Shown piece by piece: positions 28,420 to 38,010 of a DNA stretch of 64,000 nucleotides. The stretch's first letter is position 1, and each line of letters begins with the position of its first letter. The notes under the pieces are model-generated. The model was not told the origin of the DNA, searched no databases, and saw only the letters and a list, made by a program, of their open reading frames with translations. The DNA is from Patescibacteria group bacterium. GTDB lineage: Bacteria > Patescibacteriota > Microgenomatia > UBA8517. A program made the translations under genes and the position numbers. The stretch is taken from the NCBI GenBank assembly GCA_035291665.1, contig DATDRP010000001.1, positions 2,569-66,568 of the forward strand. The letters run 5' to 3'.

Positions 28420-29112
28420 ATGAAGTTGGGTTATATTGTAAAATGTGTAAGTAATATGAAATTACTTTTAACATCAGCGGGATTAAGCAATAAAACAATC
28501 GTAGAGGTGTTTAATAATCTAGTTGGCTTGCCAAATGAGAAAATTAAGATAGTCTATATCCCTACAGCCTCAAATGTGGAGGAGGGGGACAAGGGGTGGC
28601 TGATTGATGATTACACCAATCTTAAAAACCAAAAATATGGTTGTATAGATATTGTGGATATAGCTGCAGTTCCACGGGATATTTGGCTTCCAAGAATCAA
28701 GGAAGCAAATGTTATTTTTATTGGTGGTGGGAATACATACTACCTGATGTCTTGGCTAATAAAATCTGGTTTAGATAAAATTCTTCCAGATTTGTTAAAA
28801 ACAAGAGTTTATGCAGGAATTAGTGCTGGGAGTATGGTAGCAACTATAAATTTACGGTTGAGCACTTCACAAAAATCGTACTCAGAAAAGGTATATCGTT
28901 TAGAAAATGAGAATGGTTTGGGTTTGGTTGATTTTCACATAAGGCCACATCTTAATTCGGATTTCTTTCCTAAGGTTAGGATAAAATTTATTAAGGAAAT
29001 TGCAAAAGATATTCCTGAACCAATTTATGTAATTGATGATAATACTGCGGTAGTAGTAAACAGTGATAAAGTCAGTGTTGTATCTGAAGGAAAATGGAAA
29101 AGGTTCAACTAA
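28420..29112 (+). CDS. peptidase S51 family (dipeptidase E / cyanophycinase-like)
   Basis: S51-like layout with a GISAGS nucleophile motif and upstream FIGGGNTYYL. Confidence 0.6.
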   Translation: MKLGYIVKCVSNMKLLLTSAGLSNKTIVEVFNNLVGLPNEKIKIVYIPTASNVEEGDKGWLIDDYTNLKNQKYGCIDIVDIAAVPRDIWLPRIKEANVIFIGGGNTYYLMSWLIKSGLDKILPDLLKTRVYAGISAGSMVATINLRLSTSQKSYSEKVYRLENENGLGLVDFHIRPHLNSDFFPKVRIKFIKEIAKDIPEPIYVIDDNTAVVVNSDKVSVVSEGKWKRFN

Positions 29113-29317
29113 AGTTCAAACTTCCTTTCACCCACCCTCTGGTTTTATCCAATTTTGAAACCAATTTGCGAAGCCGGGTATCGAATGGTAATCGGCAGGG
29201 GTTGGTTGCTCGATTTCGAACAGCTGGCTTTAAATCAGCTCATTTGACATTGAAAAGTTTGTTCAGTTCTTAAATCCAAGCCAGTAATTGCTTATAACTA
29301 AGATAAGGTTTGTTAAC

Positions 29318-29881
29318 CTAGTGGATTAAAGACCATACCGCTAATACCTCAACCCATAGAAGTGTGGAGAAAACTACCACTCTTTGACGAACGCCATCCT
29401 TAACTCCAAGTTTTCCAGAATAATTCCACCAAAAATAGTCAAACACAGCAATTGTCCATGAAAAAATTGGGATAATGGGTTTGTTCAGATATCCCAAACC
29501 TATTAAAAAGTATGCTAACGCTGTTCCCGACATTCCTAAGTTATAAATATGTTCATGCAACCTACCAGCTTTGGTTCTTACTGATTTTTTAACATCTGTA
29601 TCCAAAATCCCTTCAAGTGCGGTTAGTATTCCCATCAGCGTTCCAAGATACCAACCCAATTTGACCAATAATATATCGGTTTTACCTGCTAGTAATACGC
29701 AAAGTCCGACCACTAGTATCCCACAGATCATAAAGTTAAATTTTTGAATCCAGCCATATTTTCCCAGAGAAAGTTCGCTTATATAATCCTTTTTCCAATT
29801 GTAATTTGGGGTAACTGCTCCTAATATCAAAGTTACTAAAATAAATAGAATTGGCGCTGTCAATAAAATATACATTTTCAA
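29318..29881 (-). CDS. integral membrane protein (5-6 TM), unknown function
   Basis: 187-aa hydrophobic ORF. Confidence 0.45.
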   Translation of the reverse strand: MKMYILLTAPILFILVTLILGAVTPNYNWKKDYISELSLGKYGWIQKFNFMICGILVVGLCVLLAGKTDILLVKLGWYLGTLMGILTALEGILDTDVKKSVRTKAGRLHEHIYNLGMSGTALAYFLIGLGYLNKPIIPIFSWTIAVFDYFWWNYSGKLGVKDGVRQRVVVFSTLLWVEVLAVWSLIH

Positions 29882-29989
29882 AAGTATATCACTCCGGAGG
29901 TTGGTTACAATTTGGTTTTTTTAATTTCTAGACAGTTCGATCAGGAATTCTTTTCTAAGCAGTCCTGGTACGTTTCAGTTTATATGAAA

Positions 29990-30080
29990 ATACCCTGGAT
30001 GTCGTAGATCCTGAAAGGAGTCGAAGGGGAAAATACCCAAGTCAATTATTTTTTCAAAATAATTACGAACTTTTTCGCAC
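29990..30080. repeat. family B intergenic repeat (full copy, diverged 5' half)
   Basis: ccctggatgtcgtagatcctgaaaggagtcgaaggggaaaatacccaagtcaattattttttcaaaataattacgaactttttcgcac. Confidence 0.65.
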
Positions 30081-30127
30081 AATCTTGAGCCGTAGGGGTT
30101 AGTAAAAATGTAGGGAACGCCACTTTT

Positions 30128-30814
30128 TCAAGATTTTCTAACCACCAATTCAAGGCAGAGTAGGTTGTTTGCTTTTGATTTAACATAAATTTTTTGTTTT
30201 CCGAAACGTTCTGTGTAATTGTTAATCTCAAAATTAGTTATACCAGCTTTGTCAAACATCTCCTCATATTGATCTCTGGAAAATCTAGTCTTAATCATAC
30301 CCTCACCATCAACAAAAACCCCCTTATCAATCTCTCTTGAGCCGTCTCGTAAAAAATTCATTTCTTCTAAGTCTTCTGGAGATTTAACTACTATATATGC
30401 TGTTCCGTTATTTTTTAAGACCCGATGAATTTCTTTCAGAATTTCTAGCGTTCTTTCTTGAATAAAGTAATGAATCGAAAGTCTTGAGTAGAGAATATCA
30501 AAGAAGTTATCTGGTGAGGGAATTCTATCTACAGCTAAATCTACCTGGGATGTTTTGAGCCTGGATTCAAAACTTTCACCCTCTACTTTCAGGTGTGCCC
30601 TTGTTAAAGCAGAGCTTGAAATGTCATACAAAAATACAGAATGGCCGTTTTTCAGGAAATAGAGGCTGTCTGTTCCGTCTCCTCCTCCCAAATCGCAAAC
30701 AACAGAATTTTTCGGAAACAACTTTTCCTTTTCAACACCATAATTTGATGGCAACCTAACCATTGGGTGATTTTCGTGACTTTTATTCCAATGCGATCCT
30801 GCGTCGAACGTCAT
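30128..30814 (-). CDS. class I SAM-dependent methyltransferase
   Basis: Motif I VVCDLGGGDGTDSLYF (G-x-G-x-G) plus a downstream acidic residue. Confidence 0.6.
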   Translation of the reverse strand: MTFDAGSHWNKSHENHPMVRLPSNYGVEKEKLFPKNSVVCDLGGGDGTDSLYFLKNGHSVFLYDISSSALTRAHLKVEGESFESRLKTSQVDLAVDRIPSPDNFFDILYSRLSIHYFIQERTLEILKEIHRVLKNNGTAYIVVKSPEDLEEMNFLRDGSREIDKGVFVDGEGMIKTRFSRDQYEEMFDKAGITNFEINNYTERFGKQKIYVKSKANNLLCLELVVRKS

Positions 30815-30845
30815 GTTTGAAGTATATATTACCTGAGGCTAAAAA

Positions 30846-30900
30846 GCAGCCCTGGATGTCGTAGATCCTGAGTGAAACCGAAGGAGAAAGTATTCGAACC
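30846..30900. repeat. family B intergenic repeat (5' half only)
   Basis: gcagccctggatgtcgtagatcctgagtgaaaccgaaggagaaagtattcgaacc is near-identical to the 5' half of the 28291 copy. Confidence 0.65.
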
Positions 30901-30938
30901 TTTTACTCCCACGTTTGAGGTGTTAGAATCCGGAGAAG

Positions 30939-31859
30939 ATGGGAGTTGAAGTTGACAAGCAAAGGACAACTTACATTGTTGAGAAGGCATTAGTGGCGAT
31001 GGACGGTCGACAGGGATTATTTTCTGAGGGTGTATTTCGACCGGAGGAGATGTTCATTGAAGTGGTAAAGAGCCATGGTGAAAGGGTTGGTAAGCCGGAA
31101 TTTGCACCAAATGCTGTATTTTTAACTACGGCTTTTGTGTTTGGTGACGATACAACGAGATTGTTCAAACGGATTACTGACCCTGATGGTGTAAGTGAGT
31201 ATGCATGGATATTTGATCCAAAGGAAGCCGGGAAAAAAAGAGATGAAGTGATTATTAATGGTTGTGCAGAGTTTTTTCGGCCAGCAGGGTATAACAGAAG
31301 GGTGGTCTTGGAATGGCCGTACAACCTTCGATTATTGGAACAGAAGTATGGGGGAGACGTAAGAAATTTTTTTGATAAATACAACGGTGATATGGAGGAG
31401 ATTGTCCGTGCTATGGTTGTTCGACCTCGGGCGAAAACAGAGGAAAAAAGGGAGAAGGAAGCATTTACTAGGTATGGCCCAAAAATTGCCCCGCTAGTGG
31501 TTCAGTGGATGAATCAATATGACTTGTATAAATTTAGAAATTCGAACGGAGGGGGACTACCTGTAGATTTTCAAGTAGCTAGAGTGTTGATTCAAACAGG
31601 TGCAGTGATACTTGATAAACCGGAAAATGCACATCAGGTGACAACTAATGTGGGTAAGTCGCTGGGATTGATGATTAGCGAACATGGTTGGGAGCCCCGC
31701 CGAGTTTCTGAATCCTTATGGAATGTTGGAAATAGGGGGTGCAATCAAAAAAGACATAGCGACTGTCCCTTGCAAGATGAGTGTGATAGGTTAATTTCAC
31801 GAAAACCATATGATAAGGACGGAAAATTCGACCCGAAGGATACTGGGCGGTGGGAGTAA
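30939..31859 (+). CDS. hypothetical protein with C-terminal Cys cluster
   Basis: 306-aa ORF; C-terminal GCNQKRHSDCPLQDEC. Confidence 0.4.
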   Translation: MGVEVDKQRTTYIVEKALVAMDGRQGLFSEGVFRPEEMFIEVVKSHGERVGKPEFAPNAVFLTTAFVFGDDTTRLFKRITDPDGVSEYAWIFDPKEAGKKRDEVIINGCAEFFRPAGYNRRVVLEWPYNLRLLEQKYGGDVRNFFDKYNGDMEEIVRAMVVRPRAKTEEKREKEAFTRYGPKIAPLVVQWMNQYDLYKFRNSNGGGLPVDFQVARVLIQTGAVILDKPENAHQVTTNVGKSLGLMISEHGWEPRRVSESLWNVGNRGCNQKRHSDCPLQDECDRLISRKPYDKDGKFDPKDTGRWE

Positions 31860-31900
31860 AGATTTAAAATACAACTCTGTAATTCTTAACGATAGGATTA

Positions 31901-31921
31901 TTTGCAGGCTTGCCAGGATTC
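31901..31921. repeat. 21-bp direct repeat of the tRNA-Trp 3' end (att-like duplication)
   Basis: tttgcaggcttgccaggattc occurs at 31901-31921 and again at 32005-32025, where it overlaps the tRNA-Trp 3' end. Confidence 0.7.
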
Positions 31922-31967
31922 ACATTCGCTCGTTTCACTCGCTCAGTGTAAACTTCTCATCCTGTCT

Positions 31968-31996
31968 TCAAAACAAAAATAGACCCACGAGGGGTC
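31968..31996 (-). terminator. rho-independent terminator after tRNA-Trp
   Basis: On the minus strand: gacccctcgtgggtc followed by tatttttgtttt. Confidence 0.6.
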
Positions 31997-32008
31997 ATTA
32001 TTATTTTG

Positions 32009-32079
32009 CAGGCTTGCCAGGATTCGAACCTGGAAGAGCGGTTTTGGAGACCGCCATGATACCATTTCATCACAAGCCT
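32009..32079 (-). tRNA. tRNA-Trp (anticodon CCA)
   Basis: Minus-strand cloverleaf: acceptor aggcttg/caagcct, anticodon loop ctCCAaa, T-arm ccagg-ttcgaat-cctgg. Confidence 0.85.
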
Positions 32080-32170
32080 AAGGTGCGTATTTCAGTTCAG
32101 GATACCAGTTTTAACTAAAGCTAATTATACTACACGTTTCTTGCTTTTCAGAGTTATTGTAAATACTATG

Positions 32171-32202
32171 TCATGTATCATATATCATTATATGATACAT
32201 GG
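32171..32202. repeat. 32-bp hyphenated palindrome, copy P2 (spacer tcat)
   Basis: tcatgtatcatata-tcat-tatatgatacatgg. Same arms as P1 with the spacer reverse-complemented; one mismatch at the final base. Confidence 0.75.
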
Positions 32203-32340
32203 GTATGAATGCGGCCTAATTCAAGATAAAGGTATATGCAAAGTTATTTTATGTTATAGCTAATAAATTTATCCGTAGGTGAAGATTCAAATAGTTTCTT
32301 AACTTGACTTATTAATACAAATAAATCTGGAGTGTAATGA

Positions 32341-32745
32341 TCAAAAAGGTGAAATTTTTCTTCTTGTGTTGCTTCGCGAGATGTCAATTTCGTTTAAGGC
32401 TTTTATCACGTCAATTAACTTGGATTTCAATGATGATTGTTTTATACGATTAAAAAGCACTTTTTTGTGTTCAGTCGTAATTACTTTATTTTGAAGAGAA
32501 AAGCGAATGATGGTTTGTCTGGTTGTTTTCAAAATATTAGCTAACTCATCCTGAAAAAATCCTTTGTCCCGAAGATAAAAATATCCTAATCGTTTTTTTA
32601 CCATTTTGAGCTCCGTTTTTGTGAATACTGCAGTTAGAAGTGCGAGCACTTCAGAGTTGGGTAGGTTGGTAAAAGTACTTCTTAATATTTCATCAAGTTC
32701 CTTGTCAACGGAATCTTCTAATTTTTGTTTTGAAACGTGTGTCAT
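32341..32745 (-). CDS. TrpR/YerC-like helix-turn-helix DNA-binding protein
   Basis: LKMVKKRLGYFYLRDKGFFQDELANILKTTRQTIIRFS follows the Trp-repressor-family pattern (..R..I...L..G.SQRE...LG.S..TITRGS). Confidence 0.5.
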   Translation of the reverse strand: MTHVSKQKLEDSVDKELDEILRSTFTNLPNSEVLALLTAVFTKTELKMVKKRLGYFYLRDKGFFQDELANILKTTRQTIIRFSLQNKVITTEHKKVLFNRIKQSSLKSKLIDVIKALNEIDISRSNTRRKISPF

Positions 32746-32773
32746 GTAACATATATCATTATATGTGACATGA
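32742..32773. repeat. 32-bp hyphenated palindrome, copy P3, overlapping the start codon of the TrpR-like gene
   Basis: tcatgtaacatata-tcat-tatatgtgacatga. The cat at 32743-32745 is the ATG of the minus-strand gene. Confidence 0.75.
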
Positions 32774-32916
32774 GGATCGATTACAATTACGTTTATTTAG
32801 TTAATTTGTTTTAAAAAAAACATAATGATATTAAAAAAATAATGGAAGCTTGTTTAAAAGTGTATTTTTCAATCAAAGAATAAAGAAGGAATAATGGGAG
32901 AAGATATTCTTGTAGG

Positions 32917-34707
32917 TTAATACAAATAATCGGGATAATTGGTTGAAGAATTCGGAGATCCTGTAGGGGTGTAATAATAGTAGGGTGTTGGTGTGGGATC
33001 GAGGCTTGAGATATGGTAATTATATGAAGGATCGGGACATGATTGGGGTGATTTTCGGTAGGAATAAGTTTCCGGGTACATCAAATTTGCACATAAATGA
33101 TATTCACTGCCTGTATCGTTCGTTGAATAATAATAATCCGTTCCGTCAGAGTTTTTGGGAATTACTGCCATCTCCTTGCCCCCTCTTGCACAGTACGTAA
33201 CCGAGTCACTTGCCAAATCATTGAGATTGGCAGGATATCTTTGGCAGGATGCGAAGAAAGCTTGCACGCCGTAGCTGAGTTGCATAATATCCGAGAGTTT
33301 TTTTGCATCAACCGCTTTTTTCTGTTGTTCTTTTATGCTGTAACCCAACAGATCTTTGGTAAGTTCATCAAAGTCTGTAACACCATCGGGTACATTAACC
33401 TCAACTTCTTTTGCGAAGTTATCAAAAGTTGTGGCAAGAGAAAATCTCATTTTGATTTCATCCTGGGTCAGGGGATTTGAAAAAATCCCCATCGAATAAA
33501 GCTCCTCCGCATACTGTTTTTCGATGACGATATCAAAACTTATCAATGACTTTCTAAGCAAATAGCTTCTGCGGTCAAACATTGCTTCCAAATAGAAATT
33601 TTTAACAACATCCGAAGGTTTTGATGGTTCCGGATTATTTTCGCTTTGGGTAAATATATCGGTATCGATTCCGAGAACTTTGGCTTCGGTCAAAAGATTA
33701 CCCTCGGACTCTTCGGAAATTTTTTCAAAAATATAATCCGTTAAAGCGTCGTCGGCATTTATGGATAGTTTGTAAACCTTATTATCCTGGTAGTTTGTAC
33801 TTTCCAGTTTTACGGCACTTTGAATTTTCCGATCATTCATGAATTCAAGTGTTTTCTCAATAATCTGATCCGTGATTGGTTTGTCTTTTTTTGTCGAATC
33901 AAGCTGGATCCTGGCCTCCGAATCCAGTGGTTCGGTATCAATGAAGTACCATTTTTCGAGATGTTTTTTGATAGCTTCTTCATTAAATCCAAAAACTGTT
34001 AAATAATTGGTTGGCAATTTGTTAACTTTGAAATAAACTATCTTATCTTTTACCAATAGGTTCATATCAAAATCCTTGTTAAAATTCATCTCGAGGTTTG
34101 TAAGGATATTTGTGGGATCTTTGTATGAAATATCCCCCTTTACAACAGCATCGAGTTTCGCCAGCGGGAGAATGCCTCCGATTTCCGGTGCATCGAAAGC
34201 AGCTGAAAGTTCAAAGTCATGGCTGGCGATTTTTTTATGAGAAAATAGTGCCTTTTCAACAATAAATTCGGGAGTTTTTTTGGTGAAAGGAAGACTCAAA
34301 ACTGCAAATTTAAGTTTATCCTGGGCATCGGGTGCAAAAGGTAGGTGGTAAACATCATAAGAGATAAGAAAGGCCAATGTTATTCCTGAAACGAGAAACA
34401 AAAGGAAAAAAGCCAGTAATAATACAAGCAGTATTTTGGGAAATTTGGATTTTGGCTTTTCCGGTTTTATGGGATTTTGATTCGGGATAATTTGCTCTGT
34501 AGCTGGGTAGGTTGTAGGAAACGGAGTGGATTGTGGTTGAGAAAAATAGGGTATAGTTGGTTGTTGTTCGACTTCGGGAGGTACTTCTGTCTGAGCTTGT
34601 TGCGGCGGTTGATATTGGTTGGGAGAGAGATTCCTTGGAATAACCGGATTATTAGAATTACTCGGACCTTGGGGAAAATTTAAATTATTTTTATTATCGG
34701 GATCCAT
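32917..34707 (-). CDS. large membrane-anchored hypothetical protein (Pro/Gln-rich N-terminus, single TM, Tyr/Pro-rich C-terminus)
   Basis: 596-aa ORF with a TM (ILLVLLLAFFLLFLVSGITLAFLI) after a ~100-aa low-complexity N-terminus. Confidence 0.5.
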   Translation of the reverse strand: MDPDNKNNLNFPQGPSNSNNPVIPRNLSPNQYQPPQQAQTEVPPEVEQQPTIPYFSQPQSTPFPTTYPATEQIIPNQNPIKPEKPKSKFPKILLVLLLAFFLLFLVSGITLAFLISYDVYHLPFAPDAQDKLKFAVLSLPFTKKTPEFIVEKALFSHKKIASHDFELSAAFDAPEIGGILPLAKLDAVVKGDISYKDPTNILTNLEMNFNKDFDMNLLVKDKIVYFKVNKLPTNYLTVFGFNEEAIKKHLEKWYFIDTEPLDSEARIQLDSTKKDKPITDQIIEKTLEFMNDRKIQSAVKLESTNYQDNKVYKLSINADDALTDYIFEKISEESEGNLLTEAKVLGIDTDIFTQSENNPEPSKPSDVVKNFYLEAMFDRRSYLLRKSLISFDIVIEKQYAEELYSMGIFSNPLTQDEIKMRFSLATTFDNFAKEVEVNVPDGVTDFDELTKDLLGYSIKEQQKKAVDAKKLSDIMQLSYGVQAFFASCQRYPANLNDLASDSVTYCARGGKEMAVIPKNSDGTDYYYSTNDTGSEYHLCANLMYPETYSYRKSPQSCPDPSYNYHISSLDPTPTPYYYYTPTGSPNSSTNYPDYLY

Positions 34708-34827
34708 TTACAATTCAGTATATAATTTTTATCCGGGCAACAACAACAGTTTACGGTTTTTGGGGGTTGCAATATTATAATTCATATATATAAAATCATA
34801 TTCCACACCTATAGTGACAGGACGTAG

Positions 34828-35109
34828 GTGTTTTTTATTATTATCGTGGAAAAAACTAAACTGGTGAAAATTATAAATCGGGTTTATGATCGTGCAATAG
34901 GTTCCTATTACGGAACAGGAATAAAAGATAAAGACACATCCATACAAAATGCTTCACCTTCATGCGGATATTTGGAAGCTGGCGGAAATAAAGTTTGTCC
35001 ACTAATGGGCACTCAATGTATAAATGTGGAAAATTGCAATACAGCACAAAATATTCTATCCGCCCACCGTTTCAGAGGGAACTCCCTTGACCACGAAAAA
35101 AGAGCTTAA
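34828..35109 (+). CDS. small hypothetical protein (weak)
   Basis: 93-aa ORF with no clear RBS. Confidence 0.25.
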   Translation: MFFIIIVEKTKLVKIINRVYDRAIGSYYGTGIKDKDTSIQNASPSCGYLEAGGNKVCPLMGTQCINVENCNTAQNILSAHRFRGNSLDHEKRA

Positions 35110-35167
35110 GCGATTATATTAAATCCTCTTTAAAAAACCAATTCTACAATCGAAGAAATTTGGATTG

Positions 35168-35395
35168 TTATTTACTCTTTACAACCTCAACTTTAAGGTT
35201 TTCTGCCATTTTTCTTACTCGATCGTGATATTCTGCTCCGACTCTAGGAATAGCAGTCATATTTGAAACTTGGTCGTCAAAATTTTCTATAGCTTCAGCT
35301 TCTGACTTACCAACTCCCTTTACTCCAATTTCTTCAGCTGTAGCAATATGCGTAACTTTATGTGTATCTTTGTTATGTGTAACTTTTTCTGCCAT
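35168..35395 (-). CDS. hypothetical small protein co-transcribed with rpmG
   Basis: 75-aa ORF with a strong RBS aaggaggtgat before the ATG. Confidence 0.5.
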   Translation of the reverse strand: MAEKVTHNKDTHKVTHIATAEEIGVKGVGKSEAEAIENFDDQVSNMTAIPRVGAEYHDRVRKMAENLKVEVVKSK

Positions 35396-35417
35396 AAAAT
35401 ATCACCTCCTTAATTCA

Positions 35418-35606
35418 TCATTTCAATTTTGGAGATTCCTTGTGTAATTGAACTTTCTTACAATTTTTGCACCACTTTTTGATGTTCAGCTTCGAAGACC
35501 CCTCGGATTTTGTTGCCATGTTGACTTTGTTCCTCTGAGTCACATAATTTTGAGACTTGCAGACTGAACAGATCATTGCAACTATTTCTCTTGCGCCTTT
35601 TTTTGC
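35418..35606 (-). CDS. rpmG: 50S ribosomal protein L33 (zinc-ribbon type)
   Basis: MAKKGAREIVAMICSVCKSQNYVTQRNK..KKWCKNCKKVQLHKESPKLK shows the CxxC..CxxC L33 pattern. The tracked ORF extends 14 codons further upstream. Confidence 0.75.
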   Translation of the reverse strand, partial: AKKGAREIVAMICSVCKSQNYVTQRNKVNMATKSEGSSKLNIKKWCKNCKKVQLHKESPKLK

Positions 35607-35773
35607 CATACAATCTGCTATTCTAGCAGGGAATCGTTCATTTTCCAATTATCATTTCCTTTTTTACAAATAGACATATTTTTTAAAAAACTGATATAAT
35701 TTCATGTGTTCAAGCTTGGATAGCTAGGGGTAGCGTAGCCTGGAAATATTTCAGGACAAATCTTGATTGATAC

Positions 35774-35845
35774 GCCCAAGTGGCTCAGTGGTAGAGCGAC
35801 TTCTTGGTAAGAAGTAGGTCGTGGGTTCAATTCCCACCTTGGGCT
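35774..35845 (+). tRNA. tRNA-Thr (anticodon GGT)
   Basis: Acceptor gcccaag/cttgggc, anticodon loop ttGGTaa, T-arm gtggg-ttcaatt-cccac. Confidence 0.85.
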
Positions 35846-35991
35846 CAACATTTAAAGAGGCGGGAAAACTTACCTTCAATTCCTCCCCAATTATAATTTC
35901 TTTCGTTAATCTTGCATCAGTTTACTTATCTCAATTTTTAAAATGGCTATTGATAGAGAAGCATGAATAGTGTTTAAATAATAATATAAAT

Positions 35992-36849
35992 ATGTCGGGA
36001 AGAAGTGTTGTTGCGAGTATTTTGGGGGTGTTGGTATTAATAGGCGGAGTTGTTGCCGGAATACTTCTGGTGAGAGAAAGACAGGATCTCAGAGAAAAAG
36101 CTGCAGTTCCAGGTGGTCAGGCAAGAGTTTCACTTTTTCCAACAACAGGTAACTTCAAGGTTGGTGACACATTACCGGTGAGCATCTATTTCAACACATC
36201 GGATGTTAGTATTTCGAGTATTAATGTGAGGTTAAGGTATCCTTTTTCGGGGACTACTCCGGAGATTTCAGCCTCAAATGTTACGATCAACTCAGTATTG
36301 GCGAGTTCCGGAAAATGGAGCTGTTCAAAAAAATCAATAACAGCCGATGGAGGAAATGTTTTAATCGATATCGGATGTTCCATTGAAAGTGCTACCGGTT
36401 ATAAAACCAATTCAGACACCCTTTTGGCGACATTTGACTTAAAAGTTGATCGAATCCCATCCACCAACCCTTTTAAAATTACTTTTGACCCCGCTCAAAG
36501 TATTGTTACACAGTTATCAAACGGTCAGGATATTTTGAACATTCCGGATCAGAATGTGGGTGGAGGAAACTACACAATCAGTGCCGGAAGCGACGATCAG
36601 ACAAATCCGACTGTTACCCCAACGAAACAACCGACGGCCACACCGACAAAAGTTCCGACTAATACTCCGACAACGACAGTAAGACCAACGGGAACAATTA
36701 CGCCAACTGTAACTGTGAAACCCACTTCATCGGCTGTAACTCCAACAACAGCTGTGAATTTGCCGGATGCGGGTTTTGGTGCTCCAACTTTAATGGGCTT
36801 AGGGCTTGGAGTGGTATTTATCCTTTCGGCAGTACTTCTTGCATTATAA
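35992..36849 (+). CDS. cell-surface protein with C-terminal sortase-type sorting signal
   Basis: N-terminal TM/signal, Thr/Pro-rich linker, then C-terminal NLPDAG followed by a hydrophobic stretch (an LPXTG-like motif + TM). Confidence 0.5.
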   Translation: MSGRSVVASILGVLVLIGGVVAGILLVRERQDLREKAAVPGGQARVSLFPTTGNFKVGDTLPVSIYFNTSDVSISSINVRLRYPFSGTTPEISASNVTINSVLASSGKWSCSKKSITADGGNVLIDIGCSIESATGYKTNSDTLLATFDLKVDRIPSTNPFKITFDPAQSIVTQLSNGQDILNIPDQNVGGGNYTISAGSDDQTNPTVTPTKQPTATPTKVPTNTPTTTVRPTGTITPTVTVKPTSSAVTPTTAVNLPDAGFGAPTLMGLGLGVVFILSAVLLAL

Positions 36850-36854
36850 TAGTG

Positions 36855-36900
36855 TTCAAGAAAACCCCACCCAAGGCGGAACTTTCCTGATTCATTCAAT
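36855..36900. repeat. family A repeat, 5' box only (partial)
   Basis: gttcaagaaaaccccacccaaggcgg.. shares the ttcaagaaaacc box with family A. Confidence 0.35.
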
Positions 36901-37953
36901 AAAACAGGCATCACCGAATGAAAAGAAGCGATATCTTTTTTGAATGGCTTTTTCGTAGGCATTTCCGATGATACTTGATTCAAAGTCCGAAAAAACATCT
37001 TCGGTATTCGGCTGGGAAACAAACGCACTGATCAATAAGAGAAGTGTTGATTTTGGGAGATGAAAGTTAGTTATCTTGGCGTCGACAAATTTGAATTTAT
37101 ACGGAGGATAGATGAATAATTCAGTATATGGTTTAGTGTATTTTGCAGATAGGGAATTATTTTTTAAAGACAAAGTTTCTAGCACGCGGGTGGTTGTTGT
37201 TCCGACTGCAATGATGCGCTTACCGGATTTTTTGGCATCATTAAGTCTTTTAATCGTCTCCGGTTCAACCTCAAAATACTCTTCATGGATTTTATGGTCT
37301 AAGATATTTTTTTCTTTAACAGGAGCAAATGTACCAAGGCCGACATGAAGGGTCAGAAATTCCATCCGGATACCTTTTCTTTTTAACTTTTTCATTAGAT
37401 CTTTAGTGAAATGAAGTCCGGCTGTAGGAGCCGCGGCTGAGCCTACAGTTTTTGCATAGACTGTTTGATACTTATCCCGAAGATCACGCTCGGAAAGGCT
37501 GGATTTTATATATGGAGGAATCGGAGTATGGCCAATAATACCGATTTTATGAAGTAAATCTATATCATCCAGGTCAAATTTCAGGTGAGTAATGTAATTC
37601 TCTCTTTTTATAACTTGCGCCTCCATATCGTCAAAGAAAATCCGATCATACATAAATAGTCCCGGTTTTGTGATTACTTCACAGACTGATTCAGGTAGAA
37701 AACGTAAAATAAGAACTTCGACATTGCCTTTCGTTTTTTTCTTCCCATATATCCGTGCCGGAAAAACTTTGGATTTATTGAAGACTAAAACATCATTTTT
37801 ATTTAGGAGACTTGGAAGTTCAGAAAACTTAAAATGAGAAATTTTCTTACTTTCCCTGTTAACAACCAAAAGCCTTGACGAATCTCTTGGGTTTGCAGGT
37901 TTATTGGCAATCAGCTCACGGGGAAGAAAGTAGTCGAATTTTGAAATATCCAT
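36892..37953 (-). CDS. queA: S-adenosylmethionine:tRNA ribosyltransferase-isomerase
   Basis: MDISKFDYFLPRELIANKPANPRDSSRLL.. and internal GHTPIPPYI / TAGLHFT are characteristic QueA motifs. Confidence 0.85.
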   Translation of the reverse strand: MDISKFDYFLPRELIANKPANPRDSSRLLVVNRESKKISHFKFSELPSLLNKNDVLVFNKSKVFPARIYGKKKTKGNVEVLILRFLPESVCEVITKPGLFMYDRIFFDDMEAQVIKRENYITHLKFDLDDIDLLHKIGIIGHTPIPPYIKSSLSERDLRDKYQTVYAKTVGSAAAPTAGLHFTKDLMKKLKRKGIRMEFLTLHVGLGTFAPVKEKNILDHKIHEEYFEVEPETIKRLNDAKKSGKRIIAVGTTTTRVLETLSLKNNSLSAKYTKPYTELFIYPPYKFKFVDAKITNFHLPKSTLLLLISAFVSQPNTEDVFSDFESSIIGNAYEKAIQKRYRFFSFGDACFIE

Positions 37954-38010
37954 GAGCGTAATATAGCTGGAAATAGGTGGTGTTTACAAGTATAATTACA
38001 TCTGGTTTGT

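Noticed and set aside
31810-32118. 102-aa plus-strand ORF
   Set aside because: It overlaps tRNA-Trp, its terminator and the att-like direct repeats, and has no RBS.
3995-32202. Idea that palindrome copies P1 and P2 (same arms, opposite spacer orientation, 28 kb apart) mark an invertible segment
   Set aside because: A symmetric palindrome reads the same in both orientations except for the spacer, so orientation says nothing about inversion. No recombinase is present in the window.
36597-37028. 143-aa minus-strand ORF overlapping the 3' end of the surface-protein gene and the queA C-terminus region
   Set aside because: It overlaps two better-supported genes, and its composition (VGV/TVG repeats) is the mirror of the Thr/Pro linker.
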